This document shows, one piece after another, positions 59,451-64,000 of a stretch of 64,000 nucleotides of DNA. The DNA lies in assembly GCA_963662795.1 (NCBI GenBank), contig OY759746.1:3232001-3296000 (forward strand). The letters are read 5' to 3'. The position numbers and the translations under genes are program-made. Each line of letters starts with the position of its first letter. Within the stretch, counting starts at the first letter, position 1. The notes beneath the pieces were generated by a model. The model was given only the letters and a program-made list of their open reading frames with translations. It was not told the origin of the DNA and ran no database searches. This DNA is from Spirochaetia bacterium (GTDB lineage: Bacteria; Spirochaetota; Spirochaetia; CADAEX01).

Positions 59451-61943
59451 CTATTCATCAACAGAATTCTGGTCTTCGAGAATATCTGTTAATTTCCTGT
59501 ATATATTATTAATTTTATCAATTTTAAACATATCTCTGTTCTCTGGTATTTCATCCATGAACACAACCAGGCTTTCAAGACTTGCAGAAAGGGCAAAGTC
59601 AAAACTTTTTACAATTTTGAACCAGTAATTGCCTCTGCCGTCTGTATTAAGTGAAATAAAGCCGAGTTGTCTTGATTTATTTTTAAGCCGTGAAAGCGAA
59701 AGAACAAGATGAAGATTTTCAGTTATTTTATCAGCGCCGGTTGAAATATTAATATTCCCGCGGGGAGCGCTCTTGCTTCCTGCTATTGTATCCGGATCAA
59801 TATGGGGGATAATTCTGAAAATATTGGTTAATTTTTCGCCGGAAAGTATCTCGAAATCATTATATATCAGCGTCCCTGTAATGCCGTGAGGAATATAAAG
59901 ATTTTTGAGACCTTGATTTTTGATAAGCTCCTGTGCTTTGCTCAATTCTAAAAATGCATTTTTTTTCTTTTTACCTTTTATTAAATCAAGCCTGAAAGAT
60001 TCATTTCCGATTTTTACATAGTTTGTCGTATCTTTCTTTTTATCACGCAGAATATCGCTTTTTTTAACTGCAGCAAAGTTCTCATGCAGCTCAGGTGATA
60101 TTTCTCTCAGCCACTCCTTTCTCAGAGGTGAAACTGAATGGGCAAACATCTTGCTGGTTCTGACAATCTCGCCTGCAACTATAAAAGGAGGATCTTCCCT
60201 GAACATTACAGAACCGGGGTGGATCTGAATTTTTTCTGCAGTAAGGCTTCTGTAGATACCTCTTCCTGATCTTACGCATACAAACTGAACAAGCCCTTTG
60301 GAAACAGCGATAAGATAATCTGATATCCGTCCGCCTGAGGTAATCGGAACTCCCATATCTCCTACTATCTCTTCGAGCTGTTTTTTGATATTGACCAGCT
60401 CTTCCATGATAATAACGTCAAGGTAATTTCTTTTGCAGAAAGATTCCCTGTCCTGAGCCTGAACGAAACCCCTGTATATTTTAATATATGAAACAAAATC
60501 TCCGTCAGGATCCTTTAAAGCCTGATGAGCTTTTCTTGCCTCGAATTCCTCGCCCTGCGGAAAGAGAAATGGAGAGTTCGTTGAGAGAAAAGTAGCGGCA
60601 AGGATTGTCTCTTCCAGTACCTCAGGGGAATTAAGTATTGCCTCGACAATTATTCTTGACAGGCGCGGAAGGAGGGGGAAGTAGACCATCATCTCGCCGA
60701 TTTTAGTGAGAGAATTGTCATTGTTAATGGCCCCAAGCAGTTTTAGTGTTTCAACTGCTCCTGCAATTCCCTGTTTTCCCGGCGATGAAATAAAATCGAA
60801 TGACTCAAAATCCCTGATGCCGATTTCCGCCATTCTGAGGACTACCTCGGACAGGTCGGTCCTGTATATTTCCTCTTTTGTAAAAAGAGGTCTGCTTTCA
60901 TAATCATTTTTTGTATAAAGCCTGTAGCAGACTCCGGGCATTGTTCTTCCTGCCCTCCCTTTTCTCTGGTTGCATGAGGCTTTTGCAATTGTTGTTTCAA
61001 GCAGGGCGGATGTAAAAGTTTTGGGATTATAGGTGTTTATCTTGGCAAGGCCTGAATCAATTACTGATGTTATTCTGTCTATTGTAACGCTTGTTTCGGC
61101 AATGTTGGTCGCAATAACAATCTTTGTCTTCCCCGCCGGTGTGGGAATGAAAACCCTTTCCTGCTCTTCCTTTGAAAGCCGGCCGTAAAGGGGAAGTATT
61201 ACCATCTTCTTTCTGTACTGCGAAGCGTTTAACAGGGTTATGCAGTCCTTTATCTGTTTTTCTCCTGATAAAAATACAAGAGAATCACCGTCCCGTTTTT
61301 CAGAAATTATTCTTTCTATCGTATTTTTTATTTTATATATTACAGCATCCCTGTCGTTTGTATTGCCTACAGGATCATAAACTATCCCTACCGGATAGAT
61401 AATTGAATCTATATGTACGACAGGGCAATGGCCGAAATACTCGGAAAATACTGATGTGTTGATTGTCGCAGATGATATTATCACCTTGAAATCCGGTCTT
61501 GCCTCAATTATCTTTTTCAGGAGTCCCATAATAAAATCTATGTTAAGACTTCTCTCGTGAGCTTCATCAACTATAATGCAGCTGTATTTACTTAAAAGCA
61601 GATCAGTTTTTATTTCCTGGAGAAGTATGCCGTCTGTCATTATTTTTATTACTGTCTCGCGCGATGTCATATCGTTAAACCGCATTTTATAACCGACAAT
61701 TCCAGGTATCTTTGTATCAAGCTGCCTGGCAATATAATCGCATACTGATAAGGTTGCAATCCTTCTCGGCTGTGTAACTCCGATAATACCTTTACCGGAA
61801 TAACCTGCTTCATGAAGGATTAAAGGCAGCTGTGTTGTCTTTCCGGATCCTGTCGGGCTTTCTATTACTATTACCTGGTTTTCGCTTAAGACCTCTAATA
61901 TTCTCTCTCTTTCCTGATAAACCGGCAGTTTATGTGCTTCCAT
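59451..61943 (-). CDS. hrpA: DEAH-box ATP-dependent RNA helicase (HrpA-like)
   Basis: GSGKTTQ, TQPRR, DEAHER, SAT, ATNIAETS, QRKGRAGR. Confidence 0.9.
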   Translation of the reverse strand: MEAHKLPVYQERERILEVLSENQVIVIESPTGSGKTTQLPLILHEAGYSGKGIIGVTQPRRIATLSVCDYIARQLDTKIPGIVGYKMRFNDMTSRETVIKIMTDGILLQEIKTDLLLSKYSCIIVDEAHERSLNIDFIMGLLKKIIEARPDFKVIISSATINTSVFSEYFGHCPVVHIDSIIYPVGIVYDPVGNTNDRDAVIYKIKNTIERIISEKRDGDSLVFLSGEKQIKDCITLLNASQYRKKMVILPLYGRLSKEEQERVFIPTPAGKTKIVIATNIAETSVTIDRITSVIDSGLAKINTYNPKTFTSALLETTIAKASCNQRKGRAGRTMPGVCYRLYTKNDYESRPLFTKEEIYRTDLSEVVLRMAEIGIRDFESFDFISSPGKQGIAGAVETLKLLGAINNDNSLTKIGEMMVYFPLLPRLSRIIVEAILNSPEVLEETILAATFLSTNSPFLFPQGEEFEARKAHQALKDPDGDFVSYIKIYRGFVQAQDRESFCKRNYLDVIIMEELVNIKKQLEEIVGDMGVPITSGGRISDYLIAVSKGLVQFVCVRSGRGIYRSLTAEKIQIHPGSVMFREDPPFIVAGEIVRTSKMFAHSVSPLRKEWLREISPELHENFAAVKKSDILRDKKKDTTNYVKIGNESFRLDLIKGKKKKNAFLELSKAQELIKNQGLKNLYIPHGITGTLIYNDFEILSGEKLTNIFRIIPHIDPDTIAGSKSAPRGNINISTGADKITENLHLVLSLSRLKNKSRQLGFISLNTDGRGNYWFKIVKSFDFALSASLESLVVFMDEIPENRDMFKIDKINNIYRKLTDILEDQNSVDE

Positions 61944-63270
61944 CTACTCTCCATTTATTTACAATTGACATGACCTTTTCCATTCCGCTGTTCATGTCCA
62001 GTTTTTCATAATTTTTTCTTTCAATAAGGTCTTTCACAGTAATTGTATTTGATTCTTTTTCTTCTGTTCCTATTATTATCCCGGCGGGAATGTTCTTTCT
62101 TTCAGCGAATGCAAACTGTCTGTTAAGCTTTTTGCTCTCGGGATATACTTCACATGATATACCGTGTTTCCGCGTTTCTTCAGCTGTTTTATGAAGCAGG
62201 CCCAGAAGATCATCATCCATGTTGAAAACAATGCATTCGCATTGTGCCTCGGCCCTGTTCCTGTTTTCCGCTTCGTCAAGGGCTGCAAGCAGCCTGTCTA
62301 CACCGATTGAAGCGCCGACTCCCGGGAGTTCCTCTTTTGTATAAAGGGACGCCAGATTGTTGTATCTTCCCCCTGAGCAGACTGAGCCGATGCTTTCCTT
62401 TCCGTCTATAAATGTTTCAAAAACCAGCCCTGTGTAATAATCAAGTCCTCTGGTAATTGACGGGTCGAGTACGAAGTATTCTTCGCAGCTGTTTTCCTTA
62501 AGCGCGCTGTATATCCGGCTTAGCCTTTCTGCTTCACTGCTCTCCCCGCCGCACAGCCTGATGAGTTTTTGCAGTGTCTTTTCAAAACCGGCCTCCATTT
62601 TTATGAAATCAAGAATCAATGCGCCGTTTGCCCCTGCTGTATCCACCAGTATTTCTTTTACGGCATCCTGGCCGATTTTGGCAAGTTTATCCACAGTTCT
62701 TAATATCTCAGCCGATTTATCCGGCATACCGTGTATCTCAAGAAAGCGGTTGAATATCCCGCGGCTTGAAAGGTGGATTTTGAAATTATTAATTCCCATA
62801 GTTTCAAATGATTTCTTCATCAAAAGAAGTATTTCAAGATCAGCGGAAGGGGAGTCTGAACCTACTATGTCAAAATCGCACTGGTAGAATTCCCTGTAGC
62901 GTCCCCTCTGCGTATTCTCGCCTCTCCATACCTTTGAAATGTGATACCGTTTAAAGGGAAAATACAGGTTGTTTTTATTTGCCGCAACAAACCTTGCAAA
63001 AGGGACTGTAAGGTCATAGCGCATTGCAACGCTTCTTCCCCCGTTATCGCTGAAACTGTAAACCTGCTTGTCCGTTTCCCCGCCGCCTTTTCCGAGAAGG
63101 ACTTCTGTATATTCAAGCACCGGCGTATCTATAGGTACAAATCCGAAAGAGGTAAAAGCCTTTTCAAGATCCGTAAACATTTTTTTCCGTTTTATTTCAG
63201 GTCCGGGGAGCGAATCCCTGAAACCTTTAAGTATTTTTGGTTCAATAATTTCCTGCATACAGTATATCAT
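61930..63270 (-). CDS. hisS: Histidine--tRNA ligase (alternative start 63258)
   Basis: LKGFRD, RYDLTVPFAR, GRYREFYQCDFD, RGLDYYTG, GGRY. Confidence 0.96.
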   Translation of the reverse strand: MIYCMQEIIEPKILKGFRDSLPGPEIKRKKMFTDLEKAFTSFGFVPIDTPVLEYTEVLLGKGGGETDKQVYSFSDNGGRSVAMRYDLTVPFARFVAANKNNLYFPFKRYHISKVWRGENTQRGRYREFYQCDFDIVGSDSPSADLEILLLMKKSFETMGINNFKIHLSSRGIFNRFLEIHGMPDKSAEILRTVDKLAKIGQDAVKEILVDTAGANGALILDFIKMEAGFEKTLQKLIRLCGGESSEAERLSRIYSALKENSCEEYFVLDPSITRGLDYYTGLVFETFIDGKESIGSVCSGGRYNNLASLYTKEELPGVGASIGVDRLLAALDEAENRNRAEAQCECIVFNMDDDLLGLLHKTAEETRKHGISCEVYPESKKLNRQFAFAERKNIPAGIIIGTEEKESNTITVKDLIERKNYEKLDMNSGMEKVMSIVNKWRVDGST

Positions 63271-63513
63271 CCCTTACAAGTACAATTTTTATCAAATCAT
63301 ACACTTTTTTTCTGTTTATGTCTGCAACAGACCCTGTTCAATGGCAGATAAGTCGGATATGAACATTAATTTCCTGTTAAACAATTTATAAATGAATATT
63401 CATAACACCCGGACTAAAAGTAATGTTTGCAAAAAATAAAAAAGGTGTATAATGTGAACAGAACTGCGGATTTGCAGGTATTATGAGATAACATTCAGGT
63501 TTGGTAGCATCAA

Positions 63514-64000
63514 TTGATTGTCAGATACGGTAAAAATCAGAAAGGCAAAACAGTAAAGTTAGCTGTAATTTATACAAAAGAAGAACATGGTGTCGGGAGA
63601 GAGAAATTTGATTTCGATGCTGTCAGCATATGCGAGAAATTAAGGTACGCAGGGTATAAATCCTATATAGTCGGAGGCGCAGTTAGAGATCTTCTGCTTA
63701 ACAACAGCCCGAAGGATTTTGATATAGTAACTGATGCTGTCCCATCAGCCATAAAGAAAATATTCAGGCGTTCAAGGATTATCGGGAAAAGATTCCGCCT
63801 GGTGCATGTTTATCAGGGTAAAAATATCTACGAAGTTGCCACGTTCAGGTCCGGCAGTTCAGAGAGCCACAACAACAGCTTTGGAACAATGGTTGAGGAT
63901 GTGTGGAGGCGGGATTTTACAATAAATTCCCTTTATTTCTGCCCTTTCGATGAACAGATTATTGATTTTACAGGCGGCTACAAAGACCTTGCAAAAAGAC
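63514..64000 (+). CDS. pcnB: Poly(A) polymerase, 3'-truncated by the window edge (absent from the ORF track)
   Basis: TTG start, MIVRYGKNQ..YIVGGAVRDLLL..PKDFDIVT..IIGKRFRLVHV (PAP signature)..EVATFR..RRDFTINSL. Confidence 0.88.
   Translation, partial: MIVRYGKNQKGKTVKLAVIYTKEEHGVGREKFDFDAVSICEKLRYAGYKSYIVGGAVRDLLLNNSPKDFDIVTDAVPSAIKKIFRRSRIIGKRFRLVHVYQGKNIYEVATFRSGSSESHNNSFGTMVEDVWRRDFTINSLYFCPFDEQIIDFTGGYKDLAKR

Overview
Bacterial chromosome segment, very probably a free-living spirochaete (Spirochaetales). This is inferred from the ispE-spoVG-tRNA-Gln-rplY-pth-tilS-ftsH and rplU-prp-rpmA-obgE-nadD-yqeK-LCP-rsfS synteny, a type-2 IleRS and a spirochaete-style ABC binding-protein N-terminus. 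Most of the window is housekeeping. The left end holds a sigma54-driven beta-hydroxy-amino-acid operon converging on leuA-cimA, and leuA-cimA is preceded by an unannotated Ile/Leu-rich leader-peptide attenuator. Between convergent tRNA-Asp and tRNA-Phe (about 33.0-50.4 kb) lies an accessory island with a 4Fe-4S protein, a type I (IC-like) R-M system with rhuM, and a PD-(D/E)XK candidate defence gene. It also contains a decayed AbiE-type toxin-antitoxin pair split by a 6.5-kb AT-rich ROK/ABC/epimerase cassette. The cassette is flanked by a 7-bp direct repeat, and removing it recreates a perfect 14-bp palindrome and a compact TA operon. Other notable points are apparent non-canonical start codons for prp and pth and a roughly 49% Asp/Glu small protein. 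All calls come from motif recognition by eye; no database searches were run.
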